Shown: positions 42,533 to 58,143, counted from the stretch's first letter. The stretch: 64,000 bases of DNA from Eledone cirrhosa (GCA_964016885.1 OZ024743.1:116436001-116500000), one strand, 5' to 3'. Program-made: numbers and translations. Notes: generated by a model from the letters alone, not told the origin.

Positions 42533-43904
42533 CAATATATAAACAGTTTTATAAATAATTTTGACGTACCATATTATAAGCGACCATTATATTAGGAAGC
42601 TGTCTGGATAATGATTTGTTCATAATTATTTAGTTATAATGTTAAGCACAGTTCGAAAAAAGACGGAGAGAAAGAAGAAACGGAAGTAAAGAAAAAACAG
42701 AGAGAGATAGGGGAGAGAAAGAAAAGGAAAGGAGAGAGAGAAAAAAATATATATAAATAGATAGGAGGAAGTGAAAAAAGAAACAAGAAAGAAATAAGAG
42801 CGGCAAACGAAAGCAACAGATAAATAATAATTCATCATACATGCAGAGAAACTCAAGAGAGAGGGAGTACTATATAGAGAGAGAAGGATAACAATTATTT
42901 AGTTATAGTGTTAAGAACAGTTAGAAAAAAGACGGAGAGAAAGAAAAAACGGAAGTAAAGAAAAAACAGAGAGAGATAGGGGAGAGAAAGAAAAGGAAAG
43001 GAGAGAGAGAAAAAAATATATATAAATAGATAGGAGGAGGTGAAAAAAGAAACAAGAAAGAAATAAGAGCGGCAAACGAAAGCAACAGATAAATAATAAT
43101 TCATCATACATGTAGAGAAACTCAAGAGAGAGGGAGTACTATATATAGAGAGAAGGATAATAATTATTTAGTTATAGTGTTAAGAACAGTTAGAAAAAAG
43201 ACGGAGAGAAAGAAAAAAACGGAGAGAGAGAGGGGGGAGGAAAAGAAAGAGAGAGAGAGAGAGAGAATATAAATAGATAGGAGGAAGTGAAAAAGAAACA
43301 AGGGAGAAATAAGAGAGGCAAATGAAAGCAACAGATACATAATAATCCATCATACATAAAGATAAACTCAAGAGAGAGGAGAAAGTGCTATATAGAGAGA
43401 GAAGGATACAGTTACATCTTTACGTCATGTCATATCAATTTGAATTATAAATTTATATGAAATGGATAATAAGAATGCAAATATCAATATTCATGAATGA
43501 GACATAGATATATAATATGAGAAAATAACATTGTTCAATAATGACCATATGTTTAGTTTAAAACTCTGAGGTCAATATACCAATATCTGAGATAAAATCT
43601 TCAAAAAATTACCTTATTTATAAAAATACGGAAATATATATGTATATATATATACACGTATATGTACTTTCTGAGAAAAGAAAAAGAGAAAATTATGTCT
43701 AACTCTAGTCAATAATATAGACATACACATGACTTCACCTGATCAACTCTATAATTTCTTGTGTCATAAAAAATGTTCTTGTGTTATAAAAATTTCACTG
43801 TATATATACATAAAATATACGATTAATATTCATGTCCTCACACATATGATTACCGTTCATAAATTTAATATTATGCACATCTGTAACATATACAGAACCA
43901 TACC

Positions 43905-43936
<32 letters not shown>

Positions 43937-44499
43937 AAATATCTGCGTGAGTTTTCCAGCATCTTTACGCACATATACAGACACATGAACACATAAAATA
44001 AACTCTATAGACCTTCTATATGCATGTTAAATCACATATGGCCTTTGTATAGAGATAATTAAATATCAATATATCAGCACAGAAACATCAAAACATTAAA
44101 AAATTTTAAATACTTTCAACACACTATAGAGTATCTCAGGCCAAAAACAATATGCTTCATATATTTACTACAGCAATCTATCCTTCCTATATTTCAAACA
44201 ATATATTGCAAAGTTAGTTAGAAGCTACCAGAGTCAAAAAACAAATAAAAAACAAAAATTATTTAACAAAAATTATTTAAAAGATTTAGAAGACCCAGTG
44301 ATTCTACAGATGCCCTTATATTTAGTATAGAAATTTAACTTGCGTAAAATTTATTTAATACATTGGGAGCATATACATTTTAGAGTAGTTTATTACATCT
44401 TTGTTTATATTTAGGAAGAAGGTTTAAAATGAAAAAGGTGAAGGAATCAAATGATTTATCGTCAGGTTTCATATATTAACTAAATTTCTTAATTAATTA

Positions 44500-44786
44500 T
44501 ACTACATTTTAAATTTATATTTATATTTAAACGTTGAGTTCAATCTATGTCTGCAGCAACTGAATAAATTGCTCCTTAAATTAAGGGAATTTTTGGACTT
44601 TAATATAAAGAATACCTCCTCCACACAGAGATCACAATCTCTGATGAGGAATTAAAAGGAATCCCTTTTGAGACAATATTCCAAAACATCGAATACTCAA
44701 CATTATCTCGTTTAAGTTGCCAGAGTAGGCTTGATAGCGAAGTTGAGGATTTTTTGTTTGGATCTGTGAAAGAATTCTTATGATTA
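44500..44786 (-). pseudogene. GIY-YIG C-terminal fragment, same family as 59100-59768
   Basis: Hand translation: NHKNSFTDPNKKSSTSLSSLLWQLK..WNIVSKGIPFNSS..CDLCVEE..LNLRSNLFSCCRHRLNSTFKYKYKFKM*. Confidence 0.88.
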
Positions 44787-45699
44787 TTGACTAGAGTTAG
44801 ACATAATTTTCTCTTTTTCTTTTCTCAGAAAGTACAAATACGTGTATATATATATACATATATATTTCCGTATTTTTATAAATAAGGTAATTTTTTGAAG
44901 GTTTTGTCTCAGATTTTGGTATATTGACCTCAGAGTTTTAAACTAAACATATGGTCATTATAGAACAATGTTATTTTCTCATATTATATATCTATGTCTC
45001 ATTCATGAATATTGATATTTGCATTCTTATTTTCCATTTCATATAAATTGATAATTCAAATTGATATAACATGACGTAAAGATGTAACTGTATCCTTCTC
45101 TCTCTATATAGCACTTACTCCTCTCTCTTGAGTTTATCTTTATGTATGAATAATTATTATGTATCTGTTGCTTTCATTTGCCTCTCTTATTTCTCTCTTG
45201 TTTCTTTTTCACTTCCTCCTTTCTATTTATATTCTCTTTCGCTCTTTCTTTTCCTCCCCCTCTCTCTCTCCGTTTTTTCTTTATCTCCGTTTTTTCTTTC
45301 TCTCCGTCTTTTATCTAACTGTTCTTAACACTATAACTAAATAATTATTATCCTTCTCTCTATATATTGTACTCCCTCTCTCTTGAGTTTCTCTACATGT
45401 ATGATGAATTATTATTTATCTGTTGCTTTCGTTTGTCTCTCTTATTTCTTTCTTGTTTCTTTTTTCACCTCCTCCTATCTATTTTTTTTTTTTCTCTCTC
45501 CTTTCCTTTTCTTTCTCTCCCCTATCTCTCTCTGTTTTATCTTTACTTCCGTTTCTTTTTTCTCTCCGTCTTTTTTCTAACTTTGCTTAACACTATAACT
45601 AAATAATTATAAACAAATCATTATCCAGACAGCTTCCTAATATAATGGTCGCTTATAATATGGTACGTCAAAATTATTTATAAAACTGTTTATATATTG

Positions 45700-45763
45700 T
45701 ATTTTATCTGACGAAGGCATGCCATATTTAATATGGTATCCCTGAAATATGTATAATGAAATA
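45700..45763 (+). ncRNA. Hammerhead family A
   Basis: tattttat-CTGACGA-agg c atgccatat..atatggtat c cct-GAAA-tatgtATA-atgaaata. Confidence 0.85.
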
Positions 45764-45829
45764 AATATGGTTTTATAAATATAGTTTCCATTTGTTTAAT
45801 ATCGTATATATATATATATATATATATAT

Positions 45830-47327
45830 GTTATACTTGGGGAGGGTCATATTGTTATAATATTGCCAGAAATTATAACATAACACACTCACTGTTTTGT
45901 TTGGGTTGGCTTTCGCTTCTGTATCTTTTATATCTCCATAGTTAATTTATTTGGCAATCAATGTTTATCATTGATTTACCAGTGGTTAAAAATACAGATA
46001 TAAATATGTATATGTAGTCTATTATAGTTCTTTCGTCGCACATCTGCGACATCATCAGTGGTACCATTATTTTTCCTCCCAACGTATTGTAATGTCTACG
46101 CCATTTTTATTTTATTTATTTATTTCTTGTCTCTGTCTCTGCGCATGCGTTTGCGTGTGTGTATAATGTTTGGTGTGTGTGTACGCGTTTGGGTGTATTT
46201 GTTTTTGTTTTTGTATTCTGTCTTTCTTCACTACTGTGTGTTCACACGTGTTTGTTGTTATTGTACTTGTGTATATATTTATTTATTCCTTTATTTATAT
46301 TTCCCTAAGAAAGACCCATCTGAAGATTAAAGTGGTAGAAAAGCCAGTAACTACCATAAAATATCTGATCAGCAAGACATACCCCTTTAAGAAAACCCAC
46401 TCTACAATTAAGAAATTTGTTATATGTAGAATGAACCCCCAGAAAAATTGTGAAACTAGAAATGTAGTCTATAGCATAAGATGTACAGAGGGTACTTGCA
46501 GAAACATGACAACGACATACATCGGTAAGAAGGCTGAAAGCCAAAGAGAAAGAATAGACCAACACTGGGGAGAACTAAAAGGACAACAAAAAGGTTCAGT
46601 ACTATATGAACACACGAGACAAAGACATGATGGTAATATAGATAACATAGAAATTAAAATAATATCTAAGCATAGAAATGACTAAACAGGTAGGCAAATT
46701 AGAGAAGCAAATGGGATAGAACTAAGAAGACCGAAGTTGAACAGAAAGAACGAATGGAATAACAACAACAAACATACCCAAACAAACAATACTGACTTAA
46801 GGGAAATATAAATAAATAAATGAATAAATAAATATATACACAAGTACAATAACAACAAACACATATAAACACACACATGTGAACAAAGATAGAATACAAA
46901 AAACATAAACACATACACTCAAACGTGCACACACACACCAAACACTATACACACACGCAAACGCATGCGCAGAGTCAGCGACAAAAATAAATAAATAAAT
47001 AAATAAAATAAAAATGGCGTAGATATTACAATACAATGGGAGGAACATAATAGTCCCACTGATGATGTCGCAGATGTGCGACGAATGAACTATATAGACT
47101 ATATATATATATTTATATTTTTAAACGCTGGTCAATCAATGATAAACATTGATTGCCAGATAAATCAACTATGGAGATATAAAAGATACAGAAGCGAAAA
47201 CCAACCCAAACCAAACAGTGAGTGTGTTCTATTATTATTTCTAGCAATATTATAACAATATGACTCTCCCCAAGTATAACAATATTTGTTTAGACACACG
47301 ATTTCATATCAAAAACCTTGCAAAACA

Positions 47328-47332
<5 letters not shown>
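45830..47332 (+). mobile_element. Fold-back PLE of a different lineage (Neptune/Nematis-like): arms 45830-46305 / 46800-47280
   Basis: Inverted arms around a GIY-YIG fragment. HHR-like CTGATGA-t-gtcgca gatg tgcgac-GAAA at 46015-46062(-) and 47050-47102(+, GAAT). Confidence 0.88.
46318..46795 (+). pseudogene. PLE GIY-YIG endonuclease fragment
   Basis: NCETRNVVYSIRCTEGTC..YIGK..RERIDQH..SVLYEH..H..RQIREA..I..LNRKNEW, with one internal stop. Confidence 0.85.
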
Positions 47333-47396
<64 letters not shown>

Positions 47397-47597
47397 TATG
47401 TACTCGTACATACATATATGTATACAGGCGTACAGTAGTATGTATATATATATACATACATGCACACATATATATATGTACGTATGGATTCACCGAACAT
47501 TTATTATAATGCTCGGTGTGTTTGTAAACAAACATCCCGTATTAAGCCGTAGTGTCTAGCAACCATCGTTGCTCGTTTGTTCAACACTGATAAAGGA

Positions 47598-47640
47598 ACG
47601 CTGTACTAGTTTCAAGCTTATTAGCTATCGTCAGCAACGT
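47598..47640 (-). ncRNA. Minimal hammerhead family B
   Basis: acgttg-CTGACGA-tagctaataagctt-GAAAC-ta-GTA-cagcgt. Confidence 0.85.
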
Positions 47641-48086
47641 ATACCTTCCTGCCAGATTGTTGAACGTTTTATACTTACCTTATGCATATTAACGGCTGAG
47701 TAGCCCAATTTACATATCGAGTGGGTTAATCGGCCGGGTGCACCAAAAACGATAAACGGAAAAAAATGAAACGAAATTTTATTTCCCACTCTTAGTACGG
47801 CATATATATATGTGTACATATACGTACATATATATATGTTTGCATGTATGTATATATATATATACATACTACTGTACGTATTTATACATATATGTATGTA
47901 CGTATACATACTTATATTTAAGTAACAGCCGTACTAAGAGTGGGAAATGAAATTTCGTTTCATTTTTTCCGTTTATAGTTTTCGGTGCACCCGGCCGATT
48001 AACCCACTCGATATGCAATTTGGGCTACTCAGCCGTTAATATGCATAAGGTAAGTATATACGTTCAACTATCTGTCAGGAAGGTCT

Positions 48087-48129
48087 ACGTTGCTGACGAT
48101 AGCTAATAAGCTTGAAACTAGTACAGCGT
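48087..48129 (+). ncRNA. Minimal hammerhead family B
   Basis: Same motif. Stem I is acgttg/cagcgt versus acggtg/catcgt at 21124, so pairing is retained. Confidence 0.85.
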
Positions 48130-48268
48130 TCCTTTATCAGTGTTGAACAAACGAGCAACGATGGTTGCTAGACACTACGCCTTAATACGGGATGTTTGTT
48201 TACAAACACACCGAGCATTATAATAAATGTTCGGTGAATCCATACGTACGTATATATATGTGTGCATC

Positions 48269-48304
<36 letters not shown>

Positions 48305-48532
48305 CTACTGTACCAAAGATGTGGGTTCGACTCCCATGTACGGCAACACTCATCTTTTTCCATTTCTCCGAGGGTTATAAACCCCACTATCAGGCTAGAA
48401 ATTTCTTTAGTCTAAAATACGGTGAAAGCTTATAATTTCTAATTTCTTAATTTCAAACTCGCGCACCGTTTCAAAAACATACTTACATGTTTACATTTAT
48501 AATTTGCTTGTATATATATATATATATATATT

Positions 48533-48577
<45 letters not shown>

Positions 48578-48620
48578 GCTTTAATGTTTATATGTATCTG
48601 TATAGGTGCATATGTATAAG

Positions 48621-48665
<45 letters not shown>

Positions 48666-48720
48666 TTATACATATGCATCCATACAGATACATATACACA
48701 TTAAAGCATACGTACATACC

Positions 48721-48755
<35 letters not shown>

Positions 48756-48787
48756 GGAGAGAGAGATACATACATATATACATACAT

Positions 48788-48843
<56 letters not shown>

Positions 48844-49351
48844 TCATAAATGTGTATACAAATATATAACGATTACCGTCAATATTGTAAAGAAAGACGT
48901 AAGTGGTGACTGTTTTTAATTGTCATAACCAAATATTACTTTAGTCGTGGAACGTATGTTAACATCTTAATTCACTTCTAATAACCTCTCCATATATCTC
49001 TCCTCACACACACACATCTTTACAATACGTTTATGTAATCATGCAGACGTGTTTGTGCAAACACTCCTTCCGCCAATAAACATTGCTGTGTTGTTGTTGT
49101 TATTTTTTTTTTTTTTTTTAAGAAGTCAGTAAAATAAATAAAGAGCATTATTGTATATATATATTGGCACAATCTTTAGGGAGCTAAGATCGCATTGCGA
49201 TATTGGTTACCAGGTTCAGAGTTCAAAACCCGCCTTTGCCTTTCCTATTTCCGGTATCAATAAAAGTACAAGTCAAGTAAAGCTGTCGATAAAATCGACT
49301 TACCCTCACAAGAAATTGTTGGCCGCGTCTTAATTACAAACTTTATATCTT

Positions 49352-49484
49352 CCTGCCGAGGTTAACTTTGCCTTTCATCCTTACGGGGTCGATAAAATAA
49401 AGTACCAGTCACGCACTGGTTCGATTTAATCGACGTTCCCCTCCCTCAATATTGTTGGCCTAGTGGCTATATAAGAAACGCTAT
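49352..49484 (+). mobile_element. SINE S1 partial, with an older related copy at about 49175-49335
   Basis: S1 core. Confidence 0.78.
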
Positions 49485-49819
49485 TACAGCAGTGAATTGA
49501 CAAATCCGTTAGGCCGCTGGGCAAATTGTCGGGCGGTATTTGTTCCATATAATCGACTTTTCACACACCCTAAAATAATTGGATTTATGGTTAAATTACA
49601 AAAGATTATTGTATATAAACGATGAATGTGGACTCGCTACCGAGTGTGATCGACCCATGTGGCTCTTCGTTCTGTCTTTTAAAGATGCATTGCATCACCA
49701 TCATTGCTTCTTATAATAGAGAAAACATAGATCAATTGCCACATGCATCGATTCAAAGTAGGACGCAGCGACGCAGCCGCATTGGCGACAGAAAAAGTTT
49801 ATACATACACACGCATATA

Positions 49820-49852
<33 letters not shown>

Positions 49853-50373
49853 GAGTGTGTGTGTGTGTGAGTGCATGCGTGTGTGTCTTTCTGTGAGTGC
49901 ATATGTGTGTGTGTATGTGCGAAATGTAGTGGGCTTGTGTCGAATAATTAAAAAAACCTAATTTTTTGTCGGTTTCAATTTCCTTTTGATTGTTTACATT
50001 TATATTGTTGGAAGCTCTATATATTAAATCTTTTCATTAACACAGCATTTGGGGATGACAGCCTGTGAAAGTTGTTGTTGCAGAGAATATTCAGACGATT
50101 TAATATCACTATTTATTGATAAGTTATCGTTTATTTTGAATTCAGAAAACTGGTTGTTTTATTAAAAGTACGTGGTTATATATCTATTGTTTTTACTAAC
50201 GGATTGATATCTAATGATTTTGCATTTTGAGCCGCCGATACCATTATAAAGTATACGGATGGTATTAAAGATAAAAATAAAAAATAAAAAAAAACGAAAA
50301 TTTGGGCAAAATAATAAAATATAATTTCTTGGATTGATATTCACACAAAGATCAGTAGTAGACATCTCAAACC

Positions 50374-50459
<86 letters not shown>

Positions 50460-50940
50460 ATATAAATTTCCATCGTCAATGAAAGCAGTCACAGCATGTA
50501 TAATTGCTTTTAGATAAGATTTTTATATTCCAGAAAATATGGTGTTATATTTTCCAAAACGCCCTAGTTGTTTACGTGTCCGTTCTTTATGTTATTTCTC
50601 AAATCATTACAAGCACAGACACTAACAATGGACAAAACAACAGGTGTCTGATCGTCTAGTGTGTTCAACAGTCACAGAAGTGGTATAGGTTACAAGACAT
50701 GTGTTCCTCCTCTCAGAAATTTGCTGTGATTGTTGTAACACTGTTTTCAATTTTTATATTAGTGGCTGAAGTGTAGACAAATGCTTCCAGCTGAGAATCG
50801 TAATTATTTCTTGTTTATTTTATGGTGCCATTCCATATTGATTTCTAGCATAGGAGCAAACTATATATTTTGGTGAAATGTTTAATTTATTATTCTTCCT
50901 TTGTTTACCTATATCTTTCTCTTTTCATTATTTAAATTCT

Positions 50941-51284
50941 TCCTTATGGGGTCGATAAAATAAAGTACCAGTCACGCACTGGGGTCGATTTAATCGACTT
51001 TCCCCTCCTCCCAAATTACTGGCCTTGTGACTATATAAGAAACCATTATTTAAATTCTTCAAGGGCAGTAGATTGGCAGTATCGGTAGAGGGTCGGACGC
51101 CATGCTTTGACGCATTGAGTTACGGCCCTTGCCATTCTGTGTTCAAATCCCGCCGAGGTTAACTTAGCCTTTCATCCTTACGGTGTCGATAAAATAAAGT
51201 ACCAGTCCTGCACTGGCGTCGATCTAATCGACTTTCCCCTCCCCCAAAATTGGTGGCCTTGTGCCTATATAAGAAACCTTTATT
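50941..51284 (+). mobile_element. Tandem SINE S1 pair (50941-51050 partial, 51062-51284 full)
   Basis: S1 core twice. ttatttaaattcttc occurs three times, at the boundaries. Confidence 0.88.
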
Positions 51285-52576
51285 TAAATTCTTCTGATAA
51301 AGAACGAAAGTCTTTCTAAACAACTAGCTTTTATCATTAGAATTCGGATAACTAAAAATGGGAAGACTTTCATGTTGAACTCTAGAAATATCTCGAGTAA
51401 TTTTATTGTTCCGCTTACAGATATTTTTTTATTTTTCTGTGCGTAAATATCTGATTTTCTATAGAAACTCTAAGGACCATTGCAACATATGCAGCATTTC
51501 AGACCAACCCTTTAACATGCTAAGATGAGATAGGTATTTAAGGGTCATTTTCTGACTGCAGGACAAAGGAAAATAGCTCTAAGGTTATCTGATCACCATC
51601 TTGAGTGTGACAAATATCAGTTTATTTTGGCATTCTCACTGTTGGTGGGTGGGGATATTTGAATACGACGAGAAGCATATGAAACATAATTGAACGATTC
51701 ATTGGACTTACAATCAAAATGTCGTTCTTTGTTTCCAGGACCAAGTGGCGTGATTTGAACTTGCGATCGACTGTCGTCCTCTATTTTGATTTCTACCAGT
51801 TAACGCCTAAATAACTTTGATAAGGACCAGTCTGATGAACCTTCGAGCTTCAAACAGACTTAAAATTTCACTTTTGAGATGTGTGGGAAGAAATGAAAGA
51901 GAAAATCATGCAGCATGACGACGAGAAACATTAAAGCAGGAATGTATAATAGCCCCCCAACCAAATATTCATATGCCCTGTCAGTGAATGAATTTGCACG
52001 CTTTAGTTAAGGAGACATAATCAGAAAATGACTCACAACTGAAGGAGAAATTATTTATTTATTTGATAAACAACCACAAGCATTTGTCTATATAATAATT
52101 TAATTATACATCATGAAAATTGCATCATATTGCGGCATTTATTATCCATATTCAATCTACTTTGTCGCGATACAAGAGTACCATCCACTGCGGCAGTAAA
52201 AATATACACATAAACGAAGAAGTTTGACATTTATTGAGAATATAAAGAACATTTATATCCTATTTAATCCATTAAATAAGCCATATAATAATTCCTAGGT
52301 GAAAATTATATCGTATACGTAGGTAAGCTCTCACCGACGTTTTTATATACATGTTTGGTGTGTGTGTTTGAGCGCATCTGTGAGTGCATGTGTGTGCGCA
52401 TATGTGAGAATGGGCCAGTTCGTCTAATTCTGAGAACATTGACGCCAAAGCATGTTCTTTATTAGCAACATGCTGCAACATTCTAGAGACATTTTATTTT
52501 ATTCAATGGTATGACGTAATCTAATTCTGCTAATGTAATCATTATTGAATTGATACACACACGAACACAGGCAGGC

Positions 52577-52661
<85 letters not shown>

Positions 52662-52705
52662 CAGACACACACACACAGACACACAGACACATATATATAT
52701 ACATG

Positions 52706-52760
<55 letters not shown>

Positions 52761-52957
52761 AGATTAATAAAAACAATGAATAAAAACAAAGAATCAGTTC
52801 CTTATATTAAAAAAATTCATCATTTTACGATCGTTTCTAGGATATATATGTGTGTGTTGGTATCTAAATCATATAGATCTATGTAAAAATTTTACAAACT
52901 ATCAGAGGACATATACATACCTACACATATATATGCTGTCTTCAGAAATAATTTATC

Positions 52958-53012
<55 letters not shown>

Positions 53013-54656
53013 GTTTATGTGTGTGTGTGTGTAGTAGTAGTAGTATTGGTGCTCTAAAATACCGATGTATACATGAATGTATATATAGTATATTTGGCAA
53101 TATACCGTATGTTTAATTAAAACATTCAGAAGACCATACGCTATCCGTTTTAAAGTAGTGACTATGTCACTTACTTCTTTTCGGCGAAAGAAGGGAGTGA
53201 ATCTTTTTCACGCTGGTTGGCGTTCAACGGAGCCACGTACTCCCCCTGCTTTCGCTGAAAATTATAGAAGCTGTATTATTATAGAATTCCAATGGTCTTC
53301 TAAATGTTTACAGGCAATATCTGTATTCTCTGTCGTCTTACTCATGTACTCGAGCCACTGATAAACACAACCAATGTGCTCGCCTTTCCTGCGGGAGATA
53401 TCAAAAGAATCTCCTATCAATCACACCTTATTATCTTAAAGAAAGTGCGCATTGGATTGTCCTAGTTATATTGACTCTGAGATAATGCAGTGGTTATAAA
53501 TTATATGTATTTATATCATAGTTTATACGTGCTTGATTAGGACTCAGCCTTGGCTGAACAACAATAAAACAACTCAAAATTGCATCGTCAACACCTGACT
53601 TAAAGCTAAATAAAAATAGAAGCAACACACATACAGTCATCGAAAATCAGAATTGTCTCTTAGCACAATTTCAGCGCAATACGTATTTTTTTTACACTTT
53701 TCCTGTAGACGAATCCTAAATAAAATATCAAAAAGCATTAGCAGTAACACACCTTCCTAATTTCTTTGAAGTGCCTTCAATAGCTCCGTGATTATACAAT
53801 TACGTAAAACTAATTTTAAAGATTAAATGTACTGAAATGTACACCACGTTTTAATGTATGTTAATATCAATTTTCCTTTGTTTCAGTTCCTGTATATTTA
53901 TTCTCCTTAGTTGAATTACTATAAATGATCCGTTCTATTATGAATTACAAATACCTACATTAAGTGGCGAAGTGTGAATTACACTCGGATTAATCATTTC
54001 CTCAGGTATAATAACTACTAGCTGGAATTACTTTTTTTAATTTTTAGACGCAAACCGGGGGATATTTTAGTTGATTAAAATGTCCTAGTAATTGGCTAGT
54101 ACTTTTGTTTATCATCACCGGAATGATAAAAGAAAATGATGACCAGTATATTTGAATTTAGACTGTAAAACACTAATACAAATACATCAAGGGGGTGTGT
54201 CCGATTCCGATGCTCTAACGATTCGCATAATCCACCTCTTTACACAGTGTGACATACACAACTACAACATTATAAGTAATCTTGCATGCTAAACTCGATA
54301 ACTGTAACAAACAAAATATTTCTCTCTGATTCTATTCATAAATATATATTTCTTGTCATGCTTTTTTTTCATTTTCCGAGATTTACCAATTATTTCTTTC
54401 TGTACTATTTTATTCATTTCAAACAGAATATAATAGTAATTTTATGATTAGTAAACTTTATATTATTTTATTTTTTCTATTTCTGATATATAAATTATTA
54501 TTCCAAAAACATAAAATATTGTTCTTGGGAAAATGCTGCTTTTACGATGCGCTTTCTTACAACACTTATTGTTCAATATTACGCTATGTATTCAGAACAT
54601 CAACAGTATATCATAAATAGCATTTCGGGAAAGTGGGTGGTAAAATTGCGTCAATA

Positions 54657-54842
54657 CGGCGATTTGGCAGTATCGGTACAGGGTTGGACGTCATGCTTTC
54701 TAGCATAGTTACGTCCTATTACGGTCTGAGTTCAAATCCCGTCGAGGTTAACTTTGCCTTTCATCTTTACGGGGTCGATAAAATAAAGTACCAGTAATGT
54801 ACTGGCTAATTGCTTGCCTTGTGTCAAAAGTAAAAACAATTA
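54657..54842 (+). mobile_element. SINE S1
   Basis: A and B boxes plus S1 core. Confidence 0.85.
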
Positions 54843-55384
54843 AATTTAGCATTTCTTTCGACATTTTACAGGTTATTCTTCGGGGAGGGGAAATATTGGG
54901 GAGGGAAAGTAGGAAAAGTGGGGAGAAGAAAAGGGGAAGATGAATGAGGTGAATTTTAGAGTGAAGCCGCTAATAACGGTGACAGCATATTGATGATTAT
55001 ATTAACTTTCATGAAAGCCATAGAAAGTGTTTAATCTTAAGTGTCTTATAATAATTCTACACACTACTTCTACTAAGGAAGTCATATTTACTTGTTCTCA
55101 CAAATAATATTTCAACTAAATGTATATACGGACTTGGACTATCACTTCAGTGAAATATTTAAGGATAAAAAAAAATTTCCCTGATAAGTCTTATAAGGGG
55201 ATCTCTACTGTGGAATATATACACACTTATATGTCTACCTACTGCATTGTAAATGTACTTGAAGACGAAACACCGTGTAAGAATTAAAGTCTGTTTTTAA
55301 ACGTATTGCTTTTTCCACCGTATATTTCTAATTATACACACACGCACACACACACACACACACACACGCACACACGCACACACA

Positions 55385-55427
<43 letters not shown>

Positions 55428-55776
55428 GAACATATTAAGGTAGATATAAAGAGAAGTTTGAATTTGAAACATTAGTAGTGAAGAGTATGATGTGTTAAAT
55501 ATAAACACTTCAAATACACCTCAGTAAACAGAGGCACTTACTTATAAAATCTCGTCCATTTCACACATAGTGCCATCATCAGAGAATAACTGACGCTTCT
55601 ATTCAGCGTGTGTGTCTGTAGGGAGGATATTGCTATACTAACAATATATAAATAGGATTACGTCGAAACTAAATAATAAAGAAGTTACAACGTATACTTT
55701 AAAGTTTGCAAATATACACTGTTTAAACAAACAACATATATATATACAGATACACACATACACACACACACACGCA

Positions 55777-55831
<55 letters not shown>

Positions 55832-55832
55832 G

Positions 55833-56014
55833 TTAATCTCAGGTTCAATCGGGGGTAACCACAGTAAGGTACTCAAAACATAGCAGAGTTTAAGTATTTA
55901 ATATAGAAATGGCTTCTAAAGGACTAGAACTGTTTCGTTCGAAGGAAATCATCATGTTGATTTCCTCCTACCGAAACTGTTCTAGTACTGTAGAAGCCAT
56001 TTCTATATTAAATA
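55833..56014. mobile_element. Short family D-related fold-back (palindrome 55896-56014)
   Basis: Similar to 29118-29245. The symmetry centre falls at the TGATGA core. Confidence 0.7.
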
Positions 56015-56030
56015 TATAAATATATATGTA

Positions 56031-56063
<33 letters not shown>

Positions 56064-56396
56064 GTGCATGCGTGTGTGTGTGTTTATGTGTGTATGTTTG
56101 TGTGTTCAGTAAAATTACGTTTTGGTTAAAACAGGAGTAAGTAGGAGAAAGCTCTCTACAATGTTAGTGTATAGATGGACAATGGAGATTCAAAATAAGG
56201 ATAACATTAAGAAAGGTGCTATGATTAAATAAAGTGTTTATTCCTCAATTATTTATACAGCTAACCTTATGCAATCCAAGAGCAAACGAGACAACTACAC
56301 ACACACACACGAGACAACTACACACACACACGCACACACACACAGTAGCATTCCACCATACGAACATACTACACTGCCAATACAGAGGAACAAGGC

Positions 56397-56446
<50 letters not shown>

Positions 56447-56959
56447 AAGCGAGACACCAACACACGCACACACACACACAGTAACATTTAACAAACAGGC
56501 AGAGAATGGACTGACAGCTAGCGGAATCCCACTCCCTCATTCGGCCGCTGACCTCTGTACGACCGACCCCATTTCACGCGCACGCGCGCTCTGCCGAATA
56601 CCTCAGACAAACAGCGAAGGACGCGGTCCGGACTTGTCCGACAGACAACCTTTTCCCCCACCCGGAAAAAACCCCAGTTGATGGATGTGAATCCGAAATA
56701 TATAGGGACTATTAAATCTCTCCCAAGGTAACTCTCTCTTGTGTTGTTATTTTTATTTTATCCTTTATACTCTTCCCTTCATTCTACACATCTCATACAT
56801 CTTATACACACCACGCATCTCAACGTACACCCACTTACATCTCTCTCTCGACCACCGGACCTTGTTACCCGGAGATTTACCCATCTGCATTGTCGAGGCT
56901 TCCAAACGACTTAAAGATATTTATTTATTGTTGTACAATGCTTCAAGCAAACTTCAATA

Positions 56960-58062
<1,103 letters not shown>

Positions 58063-58143
58063 ATATATATATTTTATATATATATATATTTATATATATA
58101 TACGATATTAAATAAATGGAAACTATATTTATAAAACCATATT

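Larger units (their letters stand above)
42337..45806 (-). mobile_element. Naiad-like fold-back, family A: arms 42424-43716 / 44782-45806, about 2.1-kb 3' region
   Basis: Long inverted arms with internal 270-bp GA-rich tandem units, an EN remnant in the spacer, and (TA)n flanks. Confidence 0.92.
47395..48313. mobile_element. Family B palindromic dimer (ORF-less)
   Basis: 47410-47802 is the reverse complement of 47928-48313. The right half is terminally redundant (catactactgtac at about 47865 and 48301). Confidence 0.88.

Noticed and set aside
42337-45806. DNA transposon (Foldback/Mutator-like) with long TIRs
   Set aside because: The arms are asymmetric copies of a PLE 3' region with HHRs, and the spacer is PLE endonuclease. 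No transposase or fixed-length TSD is present.
48318-48345. tRNA-like T arm (gtgggttcgactcccat)
   Set aside because: No full cloverleaf; probably a SINE head fragment. The same applies to the S1 B boxes.
56672-56710. Hammerhead-like ttgatgg..tccGAAAtatataggg
   Set aside because: The core has two mismatches and stem I is displaced; not supportable from one copy.
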